DNA of 48,440 bases from Candidatus Parcubacteria bacterium. GTDB taxonomy: Bacteria > Patescibacteriota > Patescibacteriia > Magasanikbacterales > UBA922. The position numbers and the translations under genes are program-made. The stretch spans positions 1 to 48,440 of the forward strand of contig PKTJ01000023.1 of assembly GCA_002869205.1 (NCBI GenBank). The letters run 5' to 3'. The notes below the pieces were generated by a model, which saw nothing but the letters and a program-made list of their open reading frames with translations, had not been told where the DNA came from and ran no database searches. This document shows positions 25,017 to 34,134 of the stretch, in pieces (the first letter of the stretch is position 1; each line of letters starts with the position of its first letter).

Positions 25017-26039
25017 TTAAAAACCACGTTTTATACGACGTAATGTTTCAATACTCCAATTGATCCAGTATTTCCACGAGACGATGTAGTCATGAGCATG
25101 TAATACATCTTTGCTAAAGCCACCAAAACCTTTTTTGAAGTGTGTTATACCAAAGAAAGGGTGTTTTCTGTCAGCTCCGTCTGGTGCAATACCCCAGAAA
25201 TTATAATATTGCAATCCTCTTTTCTTTGCATCTTGAATAACATTCCATTGTATGAGGTATGATGAAGGTAGTTTCTTGTTTATATTTAATGAAGCGCTGT
25301 GTCGATATGCCGCCATCTTGCCATAAAAATATATCACTGCTGACGCATCAAGTGTGCCATCTGGTAAGTACGCATTATATACACACACTTCCCCGTCATG
25401 TTCAAACGGTTTGAATTCCTCTTCTATATATTTTTTTGGAAAACGATGAAAGTTATGTTTTTTTGCTGTGTGATCGAGCAACTCATTGAGTTTGTCCAAA
25501 TCTTTTATATTGGTTTTCTTTTCTATACGAATCCCCTCTCTGTCACAGCGACGTATAAGATTTCGATGATTTTTGTTCATTGCACTGAGTAGTTCATCTT
25601 CACTTGGTGTGAGATCGAGGAGCCATGTGTTTTCTGCTAGAGCGTGAATAGGTGCTTTTCTATATCCTACATCAGTATATAATTTGATGTGTTCTTCGGT
25701 CGCATCTGTAAAAGGGCTTACACGTATAAAGGAATAGTTTTCTTTTTTTGCAAATTTTGCAATATGCTTGGTGAGCATATTCAAGACATTCTCTTTATCT
25801 TTGGTAATGATAGGGCCGTATGGAAGATATAGGTAGTCGCCTCGTCGTGCATGTGTAGACAGTACCAGCGCTCCTGCAATCAATACATCTTGTTCATATA
25901 CCCCAAATACCCAAAAATTTTCATCGAGATTTTTATAAAATTCTCCATACTTCCAACTTTGGTTCATGAGTGTGAACTGTTGTTTTTTTACAAATGTTTC
26001 CCACTCTTGTTTTTGTGTAATTTGTTTTATGGTATACAT
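25017..26039 (-). CDS. FemAB-family peptidoglycan peptide-bridge aminoacyltransferase
   Basis: Family-typical QSWKYGEF, LYLPYGP, AYRHSASL, YLIQW.., YNFWGI and HFKKGFGG. Confidence 0.8.
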   Translation of the reverse strand: MYTIKQITQKQEWETFVKKQQFTLMNQSWKYGEFYKNLDENFWVFGVYEQDVLIAGALVLSTHARRGDYLYLPYGPIITKDKENVLNMLTKHIAKFAKKENYSFIRVSPFTDATEEHIKLYTDVGYRKAPIHALAENTWLLDLTPSEDELLSAMNKNHRNLIRRCDREGIRIEKKTNIKDLDKLNELLDHTAKKHNFHRFPKKYIEEEFKPFEHDGEVCVYNAYLPDGTLDASAVIYFYGKMAAYRHSASLNINKKLPSSYLIQWNVIQDAKKRGLQYYNFWGIAPDGADRKHPFFGITHFKKGFGGFSKDVLHAHDYIVSWKYWINWSIETLRRIKRGF

Positions 26040-26047
26040 AACTGATA

Positions 26048-27040
26048 TTAGGACAGTGGGTGACCAGCCTTGGCTCTCCCCTTTCTTAATTTTTGTATGA
26101 GTTTGAATAGTGTGTATTTTGGTGAATGCAAAATAATTTCTTGTGCATCTGGATATGATTTTAATTCACCATTAAATCCAGCCTTGAATCGCGCTACTCC
26201 TGTGAGATTGTGATCAGCTTCCCAACAATAATTGTGGTAACAACTTTCTTTGCCACTTCCCTGTTTTGACGGCGGAGCCATTCCCCAGAAATCATATATC
26301 TCACAACCAAGTTCTTTTCCTAATTGTATTGCTTTCCATTGTAATAGATATGGTGCCATTAAGTTTCTATATTCATTTGCAGAGGCTCCGATAAAATAAT
26401 ATAGATTATTTCTGTGTTTAAACAATATGACACACGCGACAGGTTTTTCTTCAAAATACGCATTAATCTGATAGGTGTTTGGGAGTTCGAGTAATTTTTT
26501 ACAATAACTTTTTGGGTGACTTTGGTATCTATTACGCTCTGTGGTGGTCATGTTTAGATCCCAAAAGAGGTCCAGGTCTTTCTTATTATCCACAGTAACA
26601 CCTTTTCGATCTGCCAGACGAATATTATATCGTGTTTTTGAGTGCATTGCAGTGAGCAACTCGTCTTTCGTTTTCTTTATATCCAGTCTCCATGTGTTAC
26701 GTACTTGAATATTTTCAAATGGTTTTATTTTGTATTTTTGAGTATTAGTTTTTTTTAATAGTTCTGCTCGTACAAATGAAATTTTTTGAGTTTTGAAATA
26801 ATGTAATACATGTTCTAGTTCTGACTTTGAGATATCAGCCCATGGGATATATACATATGAAATTCCTAGAGGCAAGGTCGTAAGTATATATTGTATTTGT
26901 GTTGCACTATCCCCTTCTCCTATTTGAATTCGTTTGATGTTACGCCCCACTGTTTTCAAAAATTCACCGTATTCCCAAGACTGAAGAAATTCCGGACTGT
27001 CTTTCCATTCATTTTTATTTGTAATTTCTCTAATGTTCAT
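26048..27040 (-). CDS. FemAB-family aminoacyltransferase (second paralog)
   Basis: Same architecture as the previous gene (QSWEYGEF, YVYIPW, YFIGASA, YLLQW, YDFWGM, RFKAGFNG). Confidence 0.75.
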   Translation of the reverse strand: MNIREITNKNEWKDSPEFLQSWEYGEFLKTVGRNIKRIQIGEGDSATQIQYILTTLPLGISYVYIPWADISKSELEHVLHYFKTQKISFVRAELLKKTNTQKYKIKPFENIQVRNTWRLDIKKTKDELLTAMHSKTRYNIRLADRKGVTVDNKKDLDLFWDLNMTTTERNRYQSHPKSYCKKLLELPNTYQINAYFEEKPVACVILFKHRNNLYYFIGASANEYRNLMAPYLLQWKAIQLGKELGCEIYDFWGMAPPSKQGSGKESCYHNYCWEADHNLTGVARFKAGFNGELKSYPDAQEIILHSPKYTLFKLIQKLRKGRAKAGHPLS

Positions 27041-28259
27041 AGCTATTCACAAAGTCTATGATTTTTTGCGCTTGCTTTATATCAATGTGGCGATTTGTTG
27101 GTAAATTGACTGACTGTGCAGATAATTTTTCAGCATTTGGACACGTTCCTTTTATATAGCCACTCATTTCTATATTACAATCTCCTGGAGCTACAACTGC
27201 ATTGTACCAATTTCCAAGCATGATGCCATGTTTCTTTGCCTGTATGATCATGTGAATTGGATTTTCTACTGAGAGTGGGTATCGCAGGTAAATTGAATCA
27301 GAACTTTTTTCTGGAAGTGTTATTAGTTTGTTTGTAATTTTTTCGTCGTAGAGTTTGGCAATTTTTTGCCGGTGTTTATTTGTGTTTTCCATTTCCTCTA
27401 ACTGTCCACGTAGTATAGATGCAAATGAGTTGGCAAATTGTGATGGATAAAAAGAAATCTGTTCACCTCTCTTCTCTGCGTCATACATGATTCTGCCCAA
27501 AATATTCAGCTTCTTTAATACACCAAGAAAATGTCTCCCTCCTACTCTGTAGAGTGGCTTACCAATGGCAAATGCTGGAAATGCAATTAAATATTGAATT
27601 GTTTTTACTACGCGAGGTGTGGGTAAATCGTGTTGTATCTTCTCAATCTTCTTACCTGTATTTTCGTCAGATGTTATGAGTGCGCCGCCACGCATGGCTG
27701 ACACAACTTTGTCAGTACCAAAACTAAACATACCAATATCTCCATGCGTTCCTACGAGTTTTTCTTTGTGTTTCGCACCAAGTGAGTGTGCACAGTCTTC
27801 TATAACTTTTAGATTATGTTTTTTTGCAATCGCTAATAGTGCTTCTAGATCTGCAGGCTTTCCAAATGTGTGTTGAATAATAAGTACTTTTGTTTTTTCA
27901 GTTATCTTTTTTTCTAAATCGCGTGGATTCATGTTTAGATCATCTTTCACATCAATATATACAGGAGTTCCTCCTGCCCATTTGATAGCATTACTCACCA
28001 CCATGCATGTGTATGCTTGCACAAGCACCTCGTCACCTTCTTTTACACCCAAGACTTCTAACCCTTTTTGTAGAGCTGTTCTACCACTATCAAAGGTGGA
28101 TACATGTGATACGTTGAAATATGTTCTAAGCCACTCCTCTACTCTTTTATTTTCTTTTCCTTTTCGTAAACAAAACCATTTCCATGGTAATAATAAAAAT
28201 GCAAGACTTTTGAATAGGTCTTTTGTTGTGGCGTTGGGAAGAAATCCAGTGAATATCAT
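27030..28259 (-). CDS. DegT/DnrJ/EryC1/StrS-family PLP aminotransferase
   Basis: IEDCAHSLGA and the PLP-lysine segment FSFGTDKVVS. It overlaps both neighbours by 11 nt and 4 nt. Confidence 0.85.
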   Translation of the reverse strand: MIFTGFLPNATTKDLFKSLAFLLLPWKWFCLRKGKENKRVEEWLRTYFNVSHVSTFDSGRTALQKGLEVLGVKEGDEVLVQAYTCMVVSNAIKWAGGTPVYIDVKDDLNMNPRDLEKKITEKTKVLIIQHTFGKPADLEALLAIAKKHNLKVIEDCAHSLGAKHKEKLVGTHGDIGMFSFGTDKVVSAMRGGALITSDENTGKKIEKIQHDLPTPRVVKTIQYLIAFPAFAIGKPLYRVGGRHFLGVLKKLNILGRIMYDAEKRGEQISFYPSQFANSFASILRGQLEEMENTNKHRQKIAKLYDEKITNKLITLPEKSSDSIYLRYPLSVENPIHMIIQAKKHGIMLGNWYNAVVAPGDCNIEMSGYIKGTCPNAEKLSAQSVNLPTNRHIDIKQAQKIIDFVNSYEH

Positions 28260-29872
28260 GCGTTTTGCTTTATTTCATCTTTTACAATTTGAGGTATAAT
28301 GTTTTCAAGTAATATAGCAGAGGATGTGTCTTTGAGAGATTTGACATAATCTAACAATTCTTTTGGTTCAGTAATTACACGGATTTTTAGATTAAATTTA
28401 GAGGCCACAGCACCCTTGGTGAGTGGTTCCACAAAGTCTGGTGTGATGATGACGAGCTCATCAGCCATAAATGATATCTCACCACCTATTTTTTGATGCA
28501 TCTCTTCACTTCTGTTTCCAAGCTCTATCATTCCCCGAGTAATCACAATGCGTTTTTGGTGTGATTTTTGTGCATTGAGCATCTCAAGGGCAGCTTTGAA
28601 TCCATCGGGATTTGAATTGTAGCTGTCATCTAATATGACTGAATTACCATATGGTGTGGGCTTGAGCGCGCGACTCATGTCTTGGGGTCGAGCATCTGAT
28701 GCAATGATTTCATCTCGTGACATGCCTAGAAATAGTCCGGCAAGTGTACAAGGGGCCAGATTGAGAACATTGTGTTCGCCAAAGATTTTGGTTTGAACTT
28801 CGCGTTCTTCTGTTTCTTTGTTATCTTGTATAATTTCAGTTTTACAATAAATGCCTTCTGGTTTTGTTTTTATATCTGTTATGAGAAGTGTTGGATCAAA
28901 CTCTTCGTCCACGCCAAATGTCTGCACTTTGCACGTTAGTTCATGTAAAAATTCTCTACAATATTTATTATCAGAATTAGTAATGGCGAGTCCGTTATCT
29001 GGTAGAGATCTTAGTAATTCATACTTGGCTGTTTGTGTGTTCTCTATAGATCCAAAAAGGCTCATGTGCTGTTCATTGATTGCGGTGAGAATTCCTACTT
29101 TTGGTTTTACGATATCGCAGATTAGTTTAACATCCCCTATCTCATCAGCCCCAATTTCTATAACAAAGATATCTTTGTCACTAAAATCAGTATTCAATAT
29201 AAAACGTAAGATGCCAAAGTGGCTGTTGATGTTTTGTGGTGTTTTGATAACATTGAACTTTTCTGACAGCATGTGTGCCAAGAAGTTTTTTACAGACGTT
29301 TTGGCATAGCTTCCGGTAATACCAACAACTGTGAGATTGTTATATGCTTTCATTTTTTGTGTTGCTCGTCTGATATATATATTTTTTATAATTTTCGTAA
29401 TTCCATTTAATATCAATACCACTAAACTAATGGTAAATAATCTCAACATGAGCGCAAGAATAAGTATTTGCCAGTCTCTTGAGAGAACAAGCCATGATGC
29501 TTCTGCGCTCATTGATAATAGAATAATTGCAAGTGCCTTTATACTAAATTGTGGTCTCTTTACTTTCTTTTGAAGGAATCTGTATGCATTGACACCAAGG
29601 TCAGTGAGGAAAAACGCAACAATAATGTATTTTAAGGTTTCAATATCATTGAGTGGCCAGAGAAATACCATGATTGCTATAATACTTCGATATAGCAGGC
29701 TGTAGCGTGCCATAAATTCTTTTCCTTGTTTGGTGGTAAGGAAATCTTTGAAACGATCTAGTCTATACCATTTTAATTGCCAGACATAGCATAGCCCTGC
29801 GTAATCAAACGTAGCACTAATAAACCATAGTAGTGCGATAGTAATATTAAGTAATGTGAAATATTCAAACAT
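28256..29872 (-). CDS. Mur ligase (MurF-like) fused to an N-terminal polytopic membrane domain
   Basis: Residues 1-~175 are hydrophobic helices. These are followed by the Mur ligase P-loop GITGSYAKTS, the central domain and a C-terminal DDSYNSNP motif. Confidence 0.75.
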   Translation of the reverse strand: MFEYFTLLNITIALLWFISATFDYAGLCYVWQLKWYRLDRFKDFLTTKQGKEFMARYSLLYRSIIAIMVFLWPLNDIETLKYIIVAFFLTDLGVNAYRFLQKKVKRPQFSIKALAIILLSMSAEASWLVLSRDWQILILALMLRLFTISLVVLILNGITKIIKNIYIRRATQKMKAYNNLTVVGITGSYAKTSVKNFLAHMLSEKFNVIKTPQNINSHFGILRFILNTDFSDKDIFVIEIGADEIGDVKLICDIVKPKVGILTAINEQHMSLFGSIENTQTAKYELLRSLPDNGLAITNSDNKYCREFLHELTCKVQTFGVDEEFDPTLLITDIKTKPEGIYCKTEIIQDNKETEEREVQTKIFGEHNVLNLAPCTLAGLFLGMSRDEIIASDARPQDMSRALKPTPYGNSVILDDSYNSNPDGFKAALEMLNAQKSHQKRIVITRGMIELGNRSEEMHQKIGGEISFMADELVIITPDFVEPLTKGAVASKFNLKIRVITEPKELLDYVKSLKDTSSAILLENIIPQIVKDEIKQNA

Positions 29873-29885
29873 ATGACATTATACG

Positions 29886-30590
29886 TTATACTTTTTTGAG
29901 TATTTCTAACAATTTTTCTCTGTTGTGCATGTGTAGACCGTGACGTCCTTTTTCAATAATCTCAAGAGATGCGTTTGGAATTATTTTTGCGATTCTTTTT
30001 CCTTGTTCGAGTGGTGTGTAATCATCATGCTCTCCCCAGACTACGAGCGTGGGGACTTGAATGTCTGGCAAGAGGTGTTCCAAATCTTGCCGTATTATTT
30101 TTTTGAAGATTTCTTTTTTTGTACCCGAAGTGTGCGTGTAGTCAGGTGATTTTGCAAGACGGTATAATACTTTTTTCATCACCAGGTCAAGTCGATTGAG
30201 AATAGGAAGTTTGAAAAAAACTTTTCCTATCTTTGCTACCACACAAAAGATCATTCGTTTACAACTCTTCTTTGGTCTAAATGTTGCTGCGCCGCTCAAG
30301 ACCAGTTTGTCTACGAGTTTGGGATTTTTTGCCATCAAGTATGTCGCAACTTGTCCACCAAAGGAATGACCAAAAAGAATTTTTTCACCTTCTATACCTT
30401 TTATTTTTTCTTTGACAAATTCTGCATAGTCCTCTACTCCCCATACCGTGTCTGGACAGGGCTCATTACCAAAACAAGGAAGTTCAATGCACGTGACTTC
30501 AAAGTATCGTTCTGCCAGGTTGGAAAATTCTAACCATGTCTGAAAATTCCCTCCCCACCCTGGTATAATAATGAGGTTTGGTTTATTCAT
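29886..30590 (-). CDS. alpha/beta hydrolase
   Basis: Nucleophile elbow GHSFGG plus late D and H (GEHDD, GRHGLH). Confidence 0.75.
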   Translation of the reverse strand: MNKPNLIIIPGWGGNFQTWLEFSNLAERYFEVTCIELPCFGNEPCPDTVWGVEDYAEFVKEKIKGIEGEKILFGHSFGGQVATYLMAKNPKLVDKLVLSGAATFRPKKSCKRMIFCVVAKIGKVFFKLPILNRLDLVMKKVLYRLAKSPDYTHTSGTKKEIFKKIIRQDLEHLLPDIQVPTLVVWGEHDDYTPLEQGKRIAKIIPNASLEIIEKGRHGLHMHNREKLLEILKKV

Positions 30591-30591
30591 G

Positions 30592-31188
30592 TTAGTTCAA
30601 TAATGTTGGTAATATGTCTACACCATTAAATTCGTCGAGTATAATTTCTACTACTTCATTTTCTTCGAACATGACATAGAGTCCGGTGGCTTCTTCAGAT
30701 GAGGTGTGATATACCCAAACCTGACTTGTTGGATAATTTCGAAGTAATACCGGTGGTTCACCAAGTAATTCACGTACTTCATCCACGTCTTTGCCTACTA
30801 ATTCTGACACAACTTCTTCTTCACTGTTTTCATCCTCTGGTACTGCTGGTATATATGTTTCCCAGCCTTCTTTTGGGTTTTCTACCACCTGCATGAGTGT
30901 CATGAGATTGTTTTTCTCTTCTTCAAGAGAAGCCACATCGTTAGTAAGGTCGTTTATCTCATTTTGTTGTTCAGCATTGAGCTGAGCCACTTCTACACAA
31001 CTTTTTGAATTAAGTATTTCTACCTTTTTCATTTCTTTGCTGTGCCATGAGTACATGAGGCTCACTGCAACAATGGCAGTGATAACACATGTCGTACCAA
31101 TAATCGCACCAAACGGACACATTTTCGGAGGTAATGGTGCTGGTGTTACGACAGGTTTTTTGGCTGTGGTTTTCTTTTTTGGAGGCAT
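30592..31188 (-). CDS. membrane-anchored coiled-coil protein, unknown function
   Basis: A Lys/Pro-rich N-terminus, one TM helix and a coiled-coil segment. Confidence 0.45.
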   Translation of the reverse strand: MPPKKKTTAKKPVVTPAPLPPKMCPFGAIIGTTCVITAIVAVSLMYSWHSKEMKKVEILNSKSCVEVAQLNAEQQNEINDLTNDVASLEEEKNNLMTLMQVVENPKEGWETYIPAVPEDENSEEEVVSELVGKDVDEVRELLGEPPVLLRNYPTSQVWVYHTSSEEATGLYVMFEENEVVEIILDEFNGVDILPTLLN

Positions 31189-31196
31189 AGTGTTTA

Positions 31197-31240
31197 GGTT
31201 ATAAAGTTAAAAAGTTATAAAGTTATAAAGTTTGTAAAGT
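31197..31240 (-). repeat. family-D 8-nt-periodic tract (ATAAAGTT units)
   Basis: GGTTATAAAGTTAAAAAGTTATAAAGTTATAAAGTTTGTAAAGT, between serS and the next gene. Confidence 0.6.
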
Positions 31241-31288
31241 CGATACCCATAGGGCATCAGTGTGCCCTGAAAGGTAAAAGTACAGAGT

Positions 31289-31316
31289 GTAGGACTTAGG
31301 ACTTAGGACTTAGGAC
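31289..31316 (-). repeat. GTCCTAA heptamer tandem repeat at the serS stop
   Basis: Three perfect heptamers plus one degenerate heptamer on the coding strand. They encode the last residues (VLSPKS) and supply the stop codon. Confidence 0.7.
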
Positions 31317-32543
31317 TTTTTTGTTCATATATGGTTGTAAGACTTTTGGGATGGTGACGCTTCCGTCTTTTTGTTGATTGTTTTCAATGAGGGCGATTGG
31401 GAAACGACTCATGACAACAGCGGTTCCATTTAGGGTGTGAACATATTCATTTTTTCCTTCCTCATTTTTGTACTTGATATTAAGTCTGCGAGATTGGTAG
31501 TCGGTGCAGTTGCTGGTGCTCGTAATTTCTCCGTACCCATCAAGCATTGTCATGTGTGCCTCCAGATCATATTTGCGGTACGCCGGGCCACCAAGATCCC
31601 CTGTTGCAATATCGATAACACGGTATGGGAATTCAAGTCCATCACAAATTTCTTTTTCAATAGTGAGTAATTCTTCGTGAAGTTTTTCACTATCTTTTGG
31701 TTTACAAAACACAAACATTTCAAGTTTGGTAAATTGATGTACACGATATAATCCTTTGCTTGTTCTACCATAGCTTCCAGCTTCGGTGCGGAAGCAGTGT
31801 GAGAGTGCTACATATTTTTTTGGTCCGTTACTAAGGTCGAGAACTTCATCTGCATGATATCCAAGTACTGTGATCTCTGCAGTGCCCACGAGACTTAGAT
31901 CTTCATCTTCAATATTATAAATTTGTTTTTCTTCTCCACGTGGATTGAATCCTGCACCTTTTAAAATTTCATGTTTTGCCAAGTCTGGAGTTTCGAGTAA
32001 TTCAAATCCATGATTGCCTACAACATCAAGTCCATAATTAATAAGTGCCTGATTGAGACGCACCATGTCATTTTTTACAAAGTAGAATTTACTTCCAGCC
32101 ACTTTTGCACCGCGTTCGAAGTCAATCAAATTTAAGTTGGTGAGAAGTTCTTCATGATCCTTTGGTTCAAAGTCAAAGTCAGGTTTCTTTCCATATTCAG
32201 CAACAGTTACAAAGTCTTCTTCACCGCCAATAGGACTGTCAGGGTGTGTACTATTTGGAATTTGTAAGAGTAAGTCAGTATATTCTGTTTCGATTTCTGT
32301 TTGACGTTCTTCAAATTGTTTTATTTTATCCCCCACTTCGCGCATATGGGTGATTTCCTCGTCACTTGGCTTACCTTTGCTTTTTTGATTTCTCTCGGCA
32401 CGCAGGGTATCGATTTGTTGTTGAAAATCTCGACGTTCTTCATCAAGCTCCAACAATCGTTCAATATTTACATTGACGTGCCTGTTTTTGCAATTTTCTT
32501 TTATGGCGTCCACGTTTTCGCGGATGTATTTTATATCGAGCAT
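31296..32543 (-). CDS. serS: seryl-tRNA synthetase
   Basis: N-terminal coiled-coil arm plus class II motifs (FRTEAGS.., GTAVVMSR). Confidence 0.95.
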   Translation of the reverse strand: MLDIKYIRENVDAIKENCKNRHVNVNIERLLELDEERRDFQQQIDTLRAERNQKSKGKPSDEEITHMREVGDKIKQFEERQTEIETEYTDLLLQIPNSTHPDSPIGGEEDFVTVAEYGKKPDFDFEPKDHEELLTNLNLIDFERGAKVAGSKFYFVKNDMVRLNQALINYGLDVVGNHGFELLETPDLAKHEILKGAGFNPRGEEKQIYNIEDEDLSLVGTAEITVLGYHADEVLDLSNGPKKYVALSHCFRTEAGSYGRTSKGLYRVHQFTKLEMFVFCKPKDSEKLHEELLTIEKEICDGLEFPYRVIDIATGDLGGPAYRKYDLEAHMTMLDGYGEITSTSNCTDYQSRRLNIKYKNEEGKNEYVHTLNGTAVVMSRFPIALIENNQQKDGSVTIPKVLQPYMNKKVLSPKS

Positions 32544-32562
32544 ATGTTTTAGTTATAACATT

Positions 32563-32662
32563 AGATTCGGATATTCGGATAATCCAGATTTACGGATTCT
32601 ACATCTGTAAATCTGGATTATCCCCGAAGATGGATGCCCTGCGGGTATCCGGAAATCAGTAT
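32563..32662 (+). repeat. family-A element (A4)
   Basis: It has the same order and orientation as A2 (GATAATCCAGATTTACGGAT..ATCTGTAAATCTGGATTAT..GATGGATGCCCTGCGGGTATCCGGAAATC). It fills the gap between the Ham1-Nudix stop and the serS start. Confidence 0.8.
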
Positions 32663-32667
32663 ATTAT

Positions 32668-33708
32668 TTACAAATTATGTTTTTTTATTATATTTTCTAG
32701 CTCTTCCATTATTTCATCAAGAAAATCGTTATCACCTGCAAGGAATTCAAAATTTCTATGTTGATCAAGCTCGATCCATTCCATTTCCAACACTTCTGTT
32801 TTGTTAAAATTTCCTTTCCCACCAAGAAGTCTGCATACATATGGTACGAGATACACTTGGTAGCTAAAATCTGGAAAGGTGTGGTCTTTTATTTTTATTT
32901 TTGAAATTTGTTGCACTACCTCAACATCGTAGTCAGCCTCTTCTTTTGCTTCTTTTACTGCAGTACTTTCTCCTGTTTCTCCCAAGTCTACAATACCACC
33001 AGGAAATTCCCATTTGCCATGCGTTTCTTCTCGGTGTGGATCATTACGTTTTGTGATGAGGAGTTTTCCATTCTGTATAATCATGGGTAGTGATACAACA
33101 ATATGCTTGGCACCGTAATTGTTTTGCAAAAAATATTTGATTTTATTGAGTGCTTGTCCACGATGACTAATTGCATTTTTTTCATGCAGAGGTGTCTCAT
33201 CAAATGTTTTATTTAGCTGCTCAGAAAAAAACATAGGATCGTAGCCGTGTCCGTATTTATTTTTTTTAGGTATGTGATCTAAGATTGTTCCGTCAACCTT
33301 ACCTTGTGTCAGAAATTGGTTTTTTGTTTTTGGGTCATATAGTGCAATAACGCCGCGAAAAGATGCCTGACGATTTTCTTTTCCCTCCATTTTTTCAAGG
33401 AGTAGCTGACAACGCGCTTCATCTGTTTTTGCAACGCGTGCAGCGTGTATTCCTGGCCACATGTCGAGTGCATTTACAAATAGACCAGTGTCGTCCGCAA
33501 GAGTTATGATTCCTGACTTTTCACCATAGTATTGAGCCTTTTTCATGGCGTTTTCTTCTAGCGTAGCACCGTCTTCTTCAGGCTCTGGATAGTTTTGATC
33601 CAAATCATTGAGGCCAAGTATTTCAAATGGTAAGTCATCCAAAAATAACTTGATTTCTTCAAGCTTTCCTTGGTTAGCTGTGCCAATTAAAAGTTGTTTA
33701 TTTTTCAT
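32668..33708 (-). CDS. fusion of a RdgB/Ham1 non-canonical NTP pyrophosphatase with a Nudix hydrolase
   Basis: The N-terminal half has Ham1 motifs (IGTANQGKLEE, ADDTGL, FRGVIAL, GHGYDP, ISHRGQAL). The C-terminal half carries a Nudix box (GGIVDLGETGESTAVKEAKEEADY). The start was set at the ATG at 33708, 1 nt after the upstream stop. Confidence 0.8.
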   Translation of the reverse strand: MKNKQLLIGTANQGKLEEIKLFLDDLPFEILGLNDLDQNYPEPEEDGATLEENAMKKAQYYGEKSGIITLADDTGLFVNALDMWPGIHAARVAKTDEARCQLLLEKMEGKENRQASFRGVIALYDPKTKNQFLTQGKVDGTILDHIPKKNKYGHGYDPMFFSEQLNKTFDETPLHEKNAISHRGQALNKIKYFLQNNYGAKHIVVSLPMIIQNGKLLITKRNDPHREETHGKWEFPGGIVDLGETGESTAVKEAKEEADYDVEVVQQISKIKIKDHTFPDFSYQVYLVPYVCRLLGGKGNFNKTEVLEMEWIELDQHRNFEFLAGDNDFLDEIMEELENIIKKHNL

Positions 33709-33709
33709 A

Positions 33710-34129
33710 CTAGACAATTCGTTCAATATATTTTCGTATTTTTCCTGATTTGAATTTATGTTCTTGGTATGGAGTTAATCTGACAATTTCTGATTCTAGA
33801 TTTACTTGTGTGAGAAAGTCAGAAAGTTTGTCTACATATTCTTTTTGATCATAGCCCAGAGCAATAATATCAGGTCTGTGTTTTTCTATAATTTTATAAG
33901 GATTTTCTTTGTCTCCAAGACACACGAGATCTATAACGTCGATGTGTTTCAAGAATTTGAGACGTTCTTCTTCTGAGTGTAATGACCCTATTCCTTTTAT
34001 TCTCTCTACATTGCAGTCTCGCCCTACGACTACGATGAGGTGATCACCATATTCTCGTGCTTGTTTGAACATATGGATGTGACCCATGTGCACAATATCA
34101 AATGTACCAAAGACCATTACTTTTTTCAT
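33710..34129 (-). CDS. cytidylyltransferase-like nucleotidyltransferase (RibL-type FAD synthetase-like)
   Basis: 139 aa with GTFDIVHMGHIHMF (the (H/T)xGH motif). Length and layout match archaeal RibL / cyt_tran_rel proteins. Confidence 0.65.
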   Translation of the reverse strand: MKKVMVFGTFDIVHMGHIHMFKQAREYGDHLIVVVGRDCNVERIKGIGSLHSEEERLKFLKHIDVIDLVCLGDKENPYKIIEKHRPDIIALGYDQKEYVDKLSDFLTQVNLESEIVRLTPYQEHKFKSGKIRKYIERIV

Positions 34130-34134
34130 AGCAG

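Noticed and set aside
31197-31322. CRISPR array (also considered for the AACTT tracts at 9606-9722 and 17797-17878)
   Set aside because: The units are 7-8 nt and directly tandem, with no 25-40-nt repeat/spacer alternation. No cas genes are present in the window.
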